Below the pieces are notes generated by a model, which made no database searches, was not told where the DNA came from, and was given only the letters and a program-made list of their open reading frames with translations. DNA of 64,000 nt, from NCBI RefSeq assembly GCF_032062105.1, contig NW_026935768.1, forward strand, positions 434,001 to 498,000, written 5' to 3'. Every line of letters starts with the position of its first letter. Position 1 is the first letter of the stretch. The translations under genes and the position numbers were made by a program. This stretch comes from Saccostrea cucullata (lineage: Eukaryota). Positions 1 through 12,200 of this stretch are shown here, one piece after another.

Positions 1-770
1 CAACCCTTATTTTAGTATAAATTTGGTAACACTACCTGAGGATGCTTCCTACAAATATGACAATTATGGCTTTGATTCCAAGAAGATTTTTAAAGAATCT
101 TCCTATATATTTCTATGAAAAACTTGCACACCGCACAAATGGCCATAGCCTAGCTCCCGGGAGGTTAATAGAACAAACTTGAATCTACAAATTTTGATGA
201 ACATATAAATATGAAAACTTATGGCTTTGTTATTCATAGACAAAATTTTAAGAATTCACTATATATTGAAGAGAAAACAGTCGGCCAGTTGGATACAGGG
301 GATCAGGGACTTTAACAAAATATAATTGCACTAGTGAAAAATGCTTCCATATAAATATGATCAATTATTGCTTTGTTATTCTTGTAAAAGAAACTTTTTA
401 AAGAATTTTTATATATTTCTTTGTAAAAATTTTCAAAAAATAAGAACTCAATGCTTCAATACATGAGCTACTGACAAATTCATGTATAGTTTTGAAAGAT
501 GCTTCCATATAAATATGATCAATCATGGCTTTGTTATTCTTGAAAAGAAGATTTTTAAAGAATTTTCCTATATATTTATATGTAAAAATTTGGTCGGCCA
601 TTGTGGCCCCGCCCTACCCCTGGGGGTCATGATTTGAACAAACTTGAATCTACACTACCTGAGGATGTTTCCCCATAAGTTTCATCTCTCCTGGCACAGT
701 GGGACATATAAGAAGATCAGAATTTTCTCTACATATTTCTATGTAAAACTTTGCTCTACCACTCGCCACT
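1..770 (-). repeat. Degenerate ~165-170-bp tandem satellite array (Helentron/HINE-associated, Cg170-like)
   Basis: Recurrent motif (aaacttgaatcta)cactacctgaggatgcttcc...ggctttgttattc...gaagatttttaaagaatt, about 4-5 degenerate units. It is the reverse complement of the units in the element at 39020-40850. Confidence 0.7.
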
Positions 771-841
771 CAGACTTATGACAGAGATAAATGATTAAGC
801 CTACTTTAAAGAGTAGGGAAATAGCTGATATTTCAACTCAC

Positions 842-1563
842 CTGGACTCATTATAACCCGATCTCCAGGATAACAGAACTCCAGAAGTTGGGTTTTCTTT
901 CTATTTGGCATACAGTGGTATCGATTCTTTAAACTGTCAATTGGATTGCTGCAGTTCAAAATATTGTGGCAAATTTGAAATGCATCCTTATCTGGAGAAG
1001 AAGATGAAAATGGAAATGTTGAAAGCCTTTGTAGGTAATGGACTGAATAGGAAAGTCCTAAAATTAAAACAATGAGAGACCTTGTTGGTTTAATCTGATT
1101 TTTAACAATATAGTTACAGTACTATAAAAAGATGACTGCATGTATATGTTTTAGCTCTGTATGTTCTTATAATCTGAGAGGAAGACTTTTCCGCTATATG
1201 CATGAGGATAATATATTTTTCTACTAAAACTTGAAACGATGTTAAGAGTAAAAAAAAAATTCACACTACATATATATGATATTGCTTGTAGTGTAACATG
1301 TAATATTTATAACTTTCAGTTTGTTGATGAAATAATTTCACTGAATAAAATATTTTATAAGAATTTTTTATTAATCTTTCAGTTCTTTGTAAAAGTTGCC
1401 CCTCATAAATGCATCAAGGTAACACATAATTATGCATACATTTTATATGTTAAAATGCAATGGTCCTTAAGTTATACATACCAGTACAATATGACAGATT
1501 CCCAACAGGAACATAATATACACTGCTTGTTGTTTCATTATGTTCAGTTTTTGCTGCAACCAC
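842..1563 (-). CDS. Partial gene running off the left edge: two internal exons of an uncharacterised Cys-containing protein
   Basis: Exon 1563-1482 (ttccag|...|gtatgt, phase 0-1) splices in frame to exon 1042-842 (attcag|...|gtgagt, phase 1-1). Translation: VVAAKTEHNETTSSVYYVPVGNLSYCT-VHYLQRLSTFPFSSSSPDKDAFQICHNILNCSNPIDSLKNRYHCMPNRKKTQLLEFCYPGDRVIMSP. The NC...YHCxxN...LxEFC pattern resembles an uncharacterised bivalve family (recognition only). Start codon not located; a possible upstream exon is 5458-5415. Confidence 0.6.
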
Positions 1564-1808
1564 CTGGAAAAATAAGTCACAGTTATTTCTATAAGTACAT
1601 GTACATATATATTCAAACTCAGACAGGATAAAAAACATAGTGGAAATAGTTGGAACTTGTACTGAAAATTTCTTTCAATCCCTTTATTCACCAATGGACC
1701 TTCAAGGGGCAACAAGAAAGTATGTGTAATACCATATTATCAATTCAAAGCATAGATGTGATACAAAAATATGCATACATGTAACAAAGAAAGAGATATA
1801 CAGAATTT

Positions 1809-2914
1809 AACAAGAGGCCCATGTGCCTTATAGGTCACCTGAGTATTGTGTAACAACTTTAAAACAATTAACTTTGGTTTGTGTTTTAAACCAGAGGCCA
1901 TGAAATTCACAATTCTGAAAGAGACACCATTGCTTATCATAATTATAAACTTAGCATGCTTACTCTATTTACTTAATACCCAAAGGTATATCAGAATAAC
2001 AAAGAGAAAATTCACTTCCACTTTATAACCAGTTTTGCACCTCACTCCAAAGGAACCACTGGCCCTGGGGCTACATACGTGGTATTTCAAAATTTTGCAA
2101 ATTTTATCATAAAATGGTTGATTAATACCAAAGAGCAGATTTCAAAGCATTAATTTTAGGGCTGGGACGATATATCGAGATATCGATATATTGTGATATA
2201 TGTGAGGATGATACACATATCGATACATTTGAAAAAATATCGAAATATCGCCCCAAAAATCTGACTTCTGTTTTTCTTTGTTTATTTAACATTTGGGGTT
2301 AATTTATAAAATAAATAAGTTTGTTTATTTCAATGCAAAAAAAGATTTTATAAGCAATTAAACATATCGTGATACATATCGTATCAGGGCTCAAATATCG
2401 TGATATGTATCAATATAGAAAAAGGACTGGTGTATCGTCCCAGCCCTAATTAATTTATTTTCAGACTATGTACCCCCCCCCCCCCGACCCAGGGGCATAA
2501 AAAATAACCATTTTGCTAGATGCACCTTTCTTCATCATATATAGCCCCACCCTAGTACTAGAACCTCTGACCCTGGGGCCATGAATTTCACAATTTTGGT
2601 AAAGGACTCAATGCTCATTACAATCATGCCAATAGGAGTAAAGAAGAATATTTTTAAAGATTGCACTAATTTTAGTGGTTTTGGTCCCACCCCTCAGGCC
2701 CCAGGGGGCAGGGACCATGAAATTCACAATTTTTGTTCCCCTTCACCCATAGATGCTTTATGCCAAAATTGGTTAAAATTGGTTGAGCGGTTGCAGAGAA
2801 GAAGCTGAAAATGTTCAAATGTTAACACACGAAGCCCAACACCAGGCGAAAACGGATAGCAGTAGGTCACCTGAGTTTACTCAGGTGACCTAATAAACTC
2901 AGGTGACCTAAAAA
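1809..2914 (-). mobile_element. Non-autonomous Helentron-like (HINE) element
   Basis: Begins aacaagaggcccatgtgccttataggtcacctgag (reverse complement of the HINE 3' end) and ends in the palindromic aggtcacctgagtttactcaggtgacct...aaaa terminus. Interrupted by the MITE at 2157-2448. Confidence 0.7.
2157..2448. mobile_element. hAT-like MITE, 8-bp TSD
   Basis: TIR tagggctgggacgata / tatcgtcccagcccta; TSD ATTAATTT at 2149-2156 and 2449-2456; subterminal (t)atcg/cgata repeats. Confidence 0.85.
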
Positions 2915-3047
2915 TATAAAGAGGGAATCAACCAGATACTGCTAAGATATATTCATTTATCATGTTTATGTAATCTCTTATCACTATTAAAATTTAATTG
3001 TTAAATCATATTTACACATATCTGTATACATGCATATACACAGTATA

Positions 3048-3256
3048 CTGTATACAGGGAAATTTTCACCCCATTTTATTTTCGCCCCTTTCACCCTCTT
3101 CATGATTGGGCATCAATTTAAAATGGAGCAAATTCAAATAACACAGTATAATTTCTTAAAAAATAACTATGACTGGGCAAATTTAAAATGGGGCAAAATT
3201 GTTCGCAAGTGCAAAAGGGCGAAAATAACAGGGGGTGAAAATAACCCTGTATACGG
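3048..3256. mobile_element. TA-flanked MITE (CTGTA...TACAG family, Tc1/mariner-type)
   Basis: ctgtatacaggg...ccctgtatacgg with TA flanks; relatives at 24478-24618 and 57093-57299. Confidence 0.75.
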
Positions 3257-3266
3257 TATCATTATC

Positions 3267-3397
3267 TAGTTCCAATATCTGCTGTTTTCCAGGGTTTTTT
3301 TTATGATTTTGATATTTTACAAGCCAGGAAAACTTTCTTGACATGTAAAATATTAAAATCTTAAAAAAGCCTGGAAAACGAAAGATAATTTGGACTA
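3267..3397. mobile_element. Short MITE, 9-bp TSD (Mutator-like)
   Basis: Imperfect TIR tagttccaatatct..gttttccagg / cctggaaaac..agataatttggacta; TSD ATCATTATC at 3258-3266 and 3398-3406. Confidence 0.75.
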
Positions 3398-3424
3398 ATC
3401 ATTATCATGATAATGATGTACTTA

Positions 3425-4507
3425 CGAGGGGTTATCAAAAAGTTCGTGGACTAACGCCATCAAATTAAAACTGCTCAATTAAGGTACATCAATGAATTTT
3501 GAAATATCTAGTAAGCATCGTCTTTTCTATCCAAAGAATAAACCACAAATCATGAATTTTATTTTTTAATAAATTAGTAATGTTTTTCTAAGCAATGGTA
3601 TGTCCAAGCGGTGCAACCTCGAAAACGACGTTTTTTCGACATATGTGTAACTGAGAAGAACTCATTTGATATGATTATTTGACATCCAAAAATCCTGTTA
3701 ATTCAGGTATGTGTTGTGACACAATTGTTCTATAAAATACTTAATTTTTCACTTAATTCTGGACGTTCTTTGAAATTTTATCGTAAATTTTACACGGAAT
3801 GTCTAAACAAATGAGGCCTTGAAAATGACGTCAAAAGGGGGGAGGGGTTTCCGTTTCCAACATTATATTATGTTTTGCCCCTGAAAAAAATAGTAGAGAC
3901 CTAAAATATGTTGAAACTGGCTACAGAGAAATAATATGCATCTAGAGTACTTGTCTTTTAATGTCAAAATAGATTCAAAGAATAAAGGGATACACAGTTA
4001 ATGTCGATTTGCAGTCAAGGTGTGAAAAATCAATCCCGTCAAAAATGACGTTGATCATGTGTTGTAGATATTGAACTCCCAAAAGCAAAATATGCCGGCA
4101 CAATCAAGCGCGGATCTCTCCCAATGTATTAATCCATTTGAAATATTATATTCATTGAAGGCCACTGTTCATGACATTGTAAAGTCATACATGTATAAAC
4201 AAGGCGGGTTTAAGTCCTTTCTCAGCTCTAGGGTTTCTCATCAAGAAAGTGTATGAGGTTGAAGAAGCGGACAATGAAAAAACAATGACGTTATCGGACG
4301 TCATGAAAATAAACGACGACAGCGCCGGGTGATCATATATTGTCGTTTTCATTTTATAATAATTTGGAAAATAATGAACGTATCAGGCTAAAATTTTCAA
4401 CATTTCTTTATTTTTTGTTGTTTTATGTTCCATATAAATTTTGAAAGCACAGACTACATAGTACTAATTTTATAGCCTCAGTCCACAAACTTTTTGATAA
4501 CCCCTCG
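3425..4507. mobile_element. Non-autonomous Tc1/mariner element
   Basis: TA|cgaggggttatcaaaaagttcgtggact ... agtccacaaactttttgataacccctcg|TA; internally homologous to 31105-33596. Confidence 0.85.
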
Positions 4508-4518
4508 TACATATATAA

Positions 4519-4913
4519 GGCCAAAAATAAAAATAGTCTTGTTTCCTGCTACCCGACCTACCCTATTTTTTTGCACCCGACCCTAAAGTTTTTTTTAGCT
4601 TTTGGGGAAAAAAATGGAAATTGCAGGAATTTTATGATCCAAAAGTGAAAAAAATATATATATATTAAAACTGTGTTTCATGAAATATATGTTTAAAATA
4701 TGTTCTTTTATAACATTCCACTTGAGTTGTGCATCAAAAGACATGAAATTTCTTTTCAAAAAATAATATTGACCTAGTTATGACGTTTTATTTGGTTTTG
4801 TAGTAGTTCATATCCAAAAAATACCTTTGGAAAAAATAAAATAAATTAAAAAAATAAAATAATTTTATTATTTTTTTTGGTAGCAGGAAACAAGACTATT
4901 ATTTTTTTGGGCC
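4519..4913. mobile_element. PIF/Harbinger (Tourist-like) MITE
   Basis: TAA|ggccaaaaat..aatagtcttgtttcctgctacc ... ggtagcaggaaacaagactatt..tttgggcc|TAA; 3-bp TAA TSD. Confidence 0.75.
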
Positions 4914-5829
4914 TAATATGTACTCCTATTTTGTCATGTTTGATGAGGGGGTAGATTCCATTACTTTCCAACTTTCTTTTACAACCATTTTAATACAGTA
5001 CCAATTTACCATTATAGCTACAGGAAAAGTGGGAGGAGGAATTAAGAGCTCTTCAATATATAAACATTTTGCCTAAAATTGTAACTTGTGAAAATCCCTT
5101 TCTAATACATAGGTAATCTAAAACTAGTGGCCTTTTCTAATAATCTATCAAACATGGCATACATTTGATTGTGTGTGACTCTGTGTGTGTGGGGGGGGGC
5201 GTTTTTTCCAAATAAATAATATTGAAAATAATTTGTACTTGCCCTTGTTGCCTGGACAAGAATTAAAGAAAATATGTCCTATATCTAGTAGAAATACTGC
5301 AGTAAGTAATCTGTCCTTCACTGTATACATATGAAAATAACTCGGGAGATATATGCCACCCCCCCTCCGTCCCTCCCCGAGCCCAAATCGAATCAAAAAG
5401 TCGTCTCCTCTTACCCTATACGGTGCAGCAAACTGTCAAAAGCTTTATGGCCTACACCCTGAAAATCAAAACCATCATTATTATTGTTGTCGACCCATCA
5501 GTCAGTCTATCGTACTTTTCCAAGTTTACGAAATCCATACATGTATCATGATTATATTATACATGTACTTAGTACTTAACGTACCTCACATTTTCCCACT
5601 AGTAAAAAAAATTACAGAAATGAATCCTACTAGTCATATCTTCGCCATGCAAAGGAATGTACAAATGGATTAGATCTACATGAGTGTTTTCGTACCACCT
5701 TAAAACAGGAAACTTCTACTTTCGATCTGAATGATGTGTAGACAAGTTATCTTTCTTGCAATAGGCTACCACTACACTGTCAATGTGCTCCGTGCACTAC
5801 GCACTGGGCAAGCACTGTAACATTTTGAA

Positions 5830-8483
5830 GTTTAAATGGATATACTGATGATATTGTAATCTTCTCAGCAAGCATTCTCAGTCTATTGTTCAAACTGGAA
5901 ACTTCAAGTTAATGTAGATAAATCTAAAGTTCTGATATTTAATTAACTCAAATGCCAAGCCTCAGGGAATGAATTTAGTTTTAATGGTATATAATGCAAT
6001 ACAAATTGTATCAAGATACTGGTATTATGATGAAATGTAATTGGAAGTTTAATTTAGCAAGAGCTGTACTTATTGAAAAGGTTAGAAAAGCATGTTTTAA
6101 AACGAAAAGAATTATTGGATTTGATATCTCATGTAAACTTATAGAAAAAACTTTTTGATGCTATTGTACATGTTGTAATTCCAGTTCTGATAAACTATTG
6201 TAGTGAAATATGGGGAGTGGATCTCTCATCCAAAGATATTTCAAATATTGAAAATTTTCACTTAAATTTATTAAAGACATCCTTGGAGTGCACTGCAAAA
6301 CATCTAATGCTGGTTGTTTAGCAGATTAAAAGACTACCGCTTTGGTCCATTTCCCTCTCAAGTGTCAAATTAATTGGAATCACCTGAACATGCTGAAAAC
6401 TTCTGATTCTTAGGCCTTTAAACTTTACCAATCCACAAGTAACTGTAATTCTTGGACTAAGAAATTATTTTCTATTCTTTAGAACTATTCTAGATAATCT
6501 TGGATACTCAAACATTACAAAATATACAGGTTCCATCCAACACCTTTTACCAAACATTAAACAAAGAATCGATCGGTGCACTCAGGAGCAAAAATTAAAA
6601 ATCTTTGGTTCAGAAAAACTTGATTTCTTCAAGAAAGTATACTTAGGAAAAAGAAGTCCTTATGTTGATTTACTCAAAAAAAGATCGGAGAGATCCTCTC
6701 TCAAAGTGGTAGCATTATATAGACTAAGCGCACATAAACTTGCAATAGAAAGTGGTGATATATTTACACATCAAGAAATGAAAGATATTGTAATGTTTGC
6801 AATACTGGTGTGATTGAGGATGAAATACATTTTCTTTTTCACTGTATATTCTAAGCTAAGAAACACATTCTTTAGTAATATTAATAACATAACAAAGAAT
6901 AATAATAATCTTAGCAATGAAAAAAATATGTCACAATTATATCACAATATGTAAACAGTAATATACAATTAAAAGTCTTGAAAGTTAATACCTTTAAATT
7001 TATCAGAGACTGCTTTGAACTTAGAAGTCAATTACTTGACAATTCTTGGTAAAAACTATGTAAACGTTATTATTTAATGATGTTCAGTGGGCCTTTGCCA
7101 ATTATTGTAATTGTGTTTGTACCAATTCCCCATTTTAAAAAGTGAGTTATCTCCCCTAAAAATCGGAACTCTTCAAAACTAGCATAACTTCCGCGGACTA
7201 CACGTTACGATAATCAAAATAGTGATCAACTTTGCATTAAAAATTTTGAGGAAATTGCAATTTTTTTTAGATAATTGATTTTATAAAGGGTCTGTTGCCT
7301 CTCCCCCTTTTAGAAAGCTATACGAAAATCTTTAAAAGTGTGTGTAATGTTTTTTCTTACCTGGAAAAGTTAAAGAAACTTATTTCAGTATGGCATACAA
7401 TACTACATTTCCCTTATATAATTACCGTAGTATAAACTGTGTGTGTGTTTGCTGTCTTTCAATGAACATTTAATTTTCAATAGAAAAAGTAAAACATAAA
7501 CATGAATAACACTTGAGAAAAGAACGTTTTCCGTTAATTAACAAGAAATACGCTAGGAAATTATTGTATCAATTTCGTGTTTCTGCTGTCAATTCTCTGA
7601 TCTAAAACAAAATGTGTATTTTACTCGGGAATATGCATGTACATATGCTTAGATCCTGCACTAAAACTTTTATTAAATGCAGCTCAGACTTTATACGACA
7701 TATGTAACACGAATTCAGGTCGATGCTATTTTAATTAGTCTTTCTTCGTTACATATGAGTACATGAGATTAAATTATTCATTTAGAATTCCATTCAAAGT
7801 TTTAATACTATACATGCAGTGAATAAATTATTTTACGAATAAAGAATTCTGGAAACACGGTTCATTCAAATGAAATAAGCCTTTAATTGTCACAAAATGG
7901 TAAAAGTGACATACAAGGCAAAAATGCAGTTTCTTACAGAACTTTTATATGCAGCAATTTCAGGGGTAAAACTGTAGATGGACAAAGTCTCCAAAAATTC
8001 CTAGAGATGCAGAGAAGAAAATATGGCTGCAGCAGGCTAGATTAATTCGTAAAAACTAAAAATTCTTATATTTGTTCTGCACATTTTGTAAATAATGATG
8101 ATCCGTCTGCAGAACATCCACTACCGAAAATTAGCTTTTTTTTTAAAATAGGCCTATTCGAATATGCATCAGCATTTTATCAGTTATTTGTTTCTTTTCT
8201 TTTTTTTGTATAAGGGGGGGGGGCTCACACAGCGCCTTATTATAATACAATTAATACAAATCCAGAAAGAGATAAGTTGGCAAATATAAGATTTCTTTTT
8301 ATTCACAAACACAATAACATTTTTCCATATGACAGAGGCATTACACCATGAACATGTTTACATCAAGAACGTCCGCGGAAGTGAATTTATAGCGCATGCG
8401 TATTAAACACAGTAAAAGAGTTCCCTTCAGGGGAAATAACCCACCTTTTGAAAATGGGGAATAAAGTATTTGTATTTGTATTG
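5830..8483 (+). mobile_element. 5'-truncated decayed LINE (CR1-Zenon/RTEX-type), split by a DNA transposon
   Basis: Remnant RT motif YTDDIV near 5840; C-terminal RLSAHKLAIESG and CNVCNTGVIEDEIHFLFHC at about 6720-6845. The 3' tail ccaa/taaagtatttgtatttgtattg is interrupted at 7126/8461. Confidence 0.8.
7127..8460 (+). mobile_element. ISL2EU-like (PHIS group) non-autonomous DNA transposon with a decayed THAP domain
   Basis: ~30-bp TIR tccccattttaaaaagtgagttatctcccct / aggggaaataacccaccttttgaaaatgggga; AT duplicated at both flanks. Frameshifted THAP-like peptide at 7950-8130: CSNFRGK..FPRDAEKKIWLQ..SYICSAHFV..HPLP. Confidence 0.7.
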
Positions 8484-9252
8484 AAAATTCTTTTGATTTG
8501 TTAAATCTTTAACTTTAAAGAAATACTATGGATAAAATTACATAACTTTGTGGTTTCAGAGAAACTCTTATGAGTATTTTGGATTAAATATGATCTGCTA
8601 ATTTTATATAAACCAGAGACATATATGTCTCTGTATAAACCTGTCAGGATCGGACTACCAATACCTTGAATAAAGTTAAGGCCTCTTACAGTTTTATATT
8701 TTCGCGGGAAAAGTCTTTTTGTTGTAGCAACAACAAAATTCATGCGCCATTTTAGTTCCCGAAACGTTTAAATAATGATACCCAAAATAAGTCAAATATG
8801 ATGTATAATTATTGAAATTTATAACGTTTTGGTCAAAATCGGTTGCGTTTATAAGATCTTTTCAAAGTCAAAAGAGAGAATCTAGGTACCTGATTTGCGG
8901 ACTACTTTTGTATGCAGAGGGAGTTCCGGTGTGGTACGGCATGCATTAACAAGTAATGGGACAGTTAAACACAACTTTAGGGTAATGAACTTATTTATTT
9001 ATAAGAAAAATACATGTTTTTGGTGTTGACTTAATCTGTTACGAAATTGTTAAAGTTAGATGATTTGATACTATTATAAATATGTATACGTATCCTTAGG
9101 ACCGTCTAAGAAATGTTTCTGAATTCAAACCAAGCTAAACTATTGCAGGTGTATAGCATGTAGTTCAATATCTTGCCATTTTACCCCAATCCACAATATT
9201 CAATTAATGATAAGTCATATGTGTACATTATAGCGTTTTAAAGTAAAGAAAA

Positions 9253-12200
9253 ATGTCGGATCAGGAGGCCTCCCCAGACAGGCCGCCATCAGGGGATGGC
9301 AGGGAGGAATCAGAAGGGGAGTCCAAAATCAAGGTGGACGAGAACAGCCCAGAAACAGACACCAAAACAGATGAGGAAGTGGGACAGAAATCATCACAAG
9401 AAATATCAGATAGCCTGGAGATGGATTCGGACAACAAAGACCGACCTGTCAGCTCCGAGAGTACCAGCCGACCCAGGAGTAGTGGCAGCGATACTGTCCA
9501 ACCCTGGAAGGGACGCAGAAAGAAGAAAATGAATGTCGATCCTGATGCCAGACAAGTTACTTTCACAATAACCATTTGTATAGCTGTACCTACTAGTAAG
9601 TATATGTTCATTAACAAGTTTATGCAGTGTACTGTGTGTCATGAAATGGTGTCATGTGTGTCAAATTGATTTGTTTCTGTGTGTATAAATCTTAACGACA
9701 TAGATTAAAGCATTGACCAAGACATTGATTTTCAATATAAGATTATTTTTGCATCACACAAGGAATAATTTCAATGAATTTATAGGTAATAATTCGATCT
9801 TATCTGTATCATACTGTACGTCAGTTTCATTCAGCATTTAACCTTGTTAAAATCAGAATCTTCTACAGTACATTTGCCTTAAATGGTACAGGTGATATTC
9901 CAGAGTAGTTGCAGATGATGTTTCAGCTTTCACTTAAAATTTATTCAAAGTCAAACATGGAAAAGATAATTATGATTATCTTGCAAAAAAAGATAGTATA
10001 TATCATGCTTACATGTAACATTTTAGAACTTATATGACGATTTTACCCTTACTTTGGACTTTCAGTAGGGCGTGACTTTCTCGGCTCTACGTAATGTCAA
10101 ATACTAGTAGATTCTCATTGGTTACGAAATTAATAACATCAGGAACTTGTGTGCCATGATAGTACATTTAATTGGCCATTTACTACACCAGTTGACATTT
10201 GGCCGCATTTCTATCATATGTATATTTCAACAGTGAAGGAAAGGTGTGTAAATTTCAGAAGCTAATTAGGTAACGTCGAGAATGCCACGCCTTACTGAAA
10301 GTCCAAAATAAGCATGTAATTCTTCTAAAATTGCGCATGAGACATGTCTATGATGATTAGAAAAGAGTCAACGTACAATACAATATGGATCAAATGTTTT
10401 TACATAATAACACAATTAATCCAGTGCTCTGTGACAATATACTGGTTGTAAATAAATGCTTGTTAACATAAATGTATATTTATTAAAGAAAAACCTGTAT
10501 CAAAAAGAAATCGAAGAGGTGCGTATGTGAAACATATAAACAAATTCTTCTATACTGGACGAAAACAACTGACATAGATATTAAATACTTATATGTAGTA
10601 TTTCTGTTACAACCTCTTTACAAGGACAGTTTAGCTAAGTTTCTATCTGTTCATCATAAGACAAGCATTCTACACCCCATCATTTCCTTTCTTTTATCTT
10701 GTATACAAATACCACATTCTATAATGTCTGGCCTTGAAGTCTTATGGTTCCATACCTTGATATCAAATGTTTTCAATAATACAAATTACTCTAAAAACTA
10801 TATACTTTGGTACTTCATTCAGCTGATTGGTATTTAGACTACATGCAATTATTTCTTGAACTTTTGACATGTCATTTATATTTTTTTCAGTTTCAAACTT
10901 ATATTCATCCTTAAAAAAACATCTTAAAAAATGTTGGCGCTCTGATTTTCTATTTAAGGAATGAATTTAATAGCTACCCATTTTATACGGTATAAACTGG
11001 GTTGGGGCAGTTTACGCTTTATAAACCGCGAAGCGGTTTATAAAAAAGCGTAAACTGTTCCAACCCAGTTTATACCATATAAAATGGGTAGCTATTAAAT
11101 TCATTGCTTATAATTAAATTTTCAATCATTTGATGTAAGAAAAAAAGATGATTTTTCTAACAAAATGACTTCAATTTGTACAAAATTTAAATGTAACGTC
11201 AGGCGGATTGATACGTTTTTGACGTAAGTCATTGTGACGTAGGCAACCCATTTTATACGATATGAAGTAAATTTTTTATCCAATCAAATACAGCGTTACA
11301 ACCAGAATTAAATTATTATGGTATGAAATTTTATAAAAATATACATATATATATTACAAAATCTGACAGAATTAATCAGTAAATGCGATTGAATCATCCC
11401 CATGAATAAAGCCATGAATGTGCAAAGTGTTTGAATCTTATAAGCTTTATAGTTGCACATTAATTTCATTGTCACTTTGTCATACAATCATTAAATGAAT
11501 TTTGATTACAGCGGTTCAGAACAACAATACCACGCCCTCGCGACCTTCTACTGGTATGTCTTAGTTCTAGAGCAGTCTCTGTAGAACTTTATATAGATCT
11601 GTCGCTCTCTATTACACAGGGTAGCTGGTTAGACTCTGTATCATATAGCCATTAGATAGTTTTTACAAAAGTTTTCAATTTGGGAAAGGTTTTTGCACCT
11701 GTAATAAACCTTTTTTTTTTTTTTTGAAAATTACAAGCTAATACATGTAATATTTTAACATAAAATTGCTGGATATCAGTTATTTTTGTAATACATGTAT
11801 TCAGAATTTATCATGTGTTGATTATATATATGCACAGGAGTTGCAAAATTATTCTGTGCTTTTTCACCTGCCTTGCCAATTTTTAATTTCATTATTTTCG
11901 CTATTTAAAAAAAGCTTTTCACCTAATTATTTTTAGTAAGGATTCCATTTCAATTTAATTAAATTTGATAGGAAAGTAAATTTGATGCTTCCACTTTGCA
12001 CACACATGTTGTGCATATATTTTGTATACATGTTCACATTTTACATTAATTTTTAAATAAGATTACAAGTTGTATACTACACATTGATCGAGATATGTTT
12101 TATTTTAAAAACCTGATGTGGAATAATAAAATGAAGAAATGGGCAGATATGATCATGATGATAGTTTTTATATAATTTTCTTTGAAAACAATTAAAAAGC

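Noticed and set aside
8501-8743. 80-aa minus-strand ORF divergent from CFAP92
   Set aside because: No recognisable homology or splice support; it could be a 5' exon of the left-hand gene, but this cannot be supported from sequence alone.
9261-9642. Overlapping ORFs 9261-9617 (-), 9406-9642 (-) and 9296-9532 (+)
   Set aside because: Shadow frames of GC-rich CFAP92 exon 1; no motifs or independent splice support.
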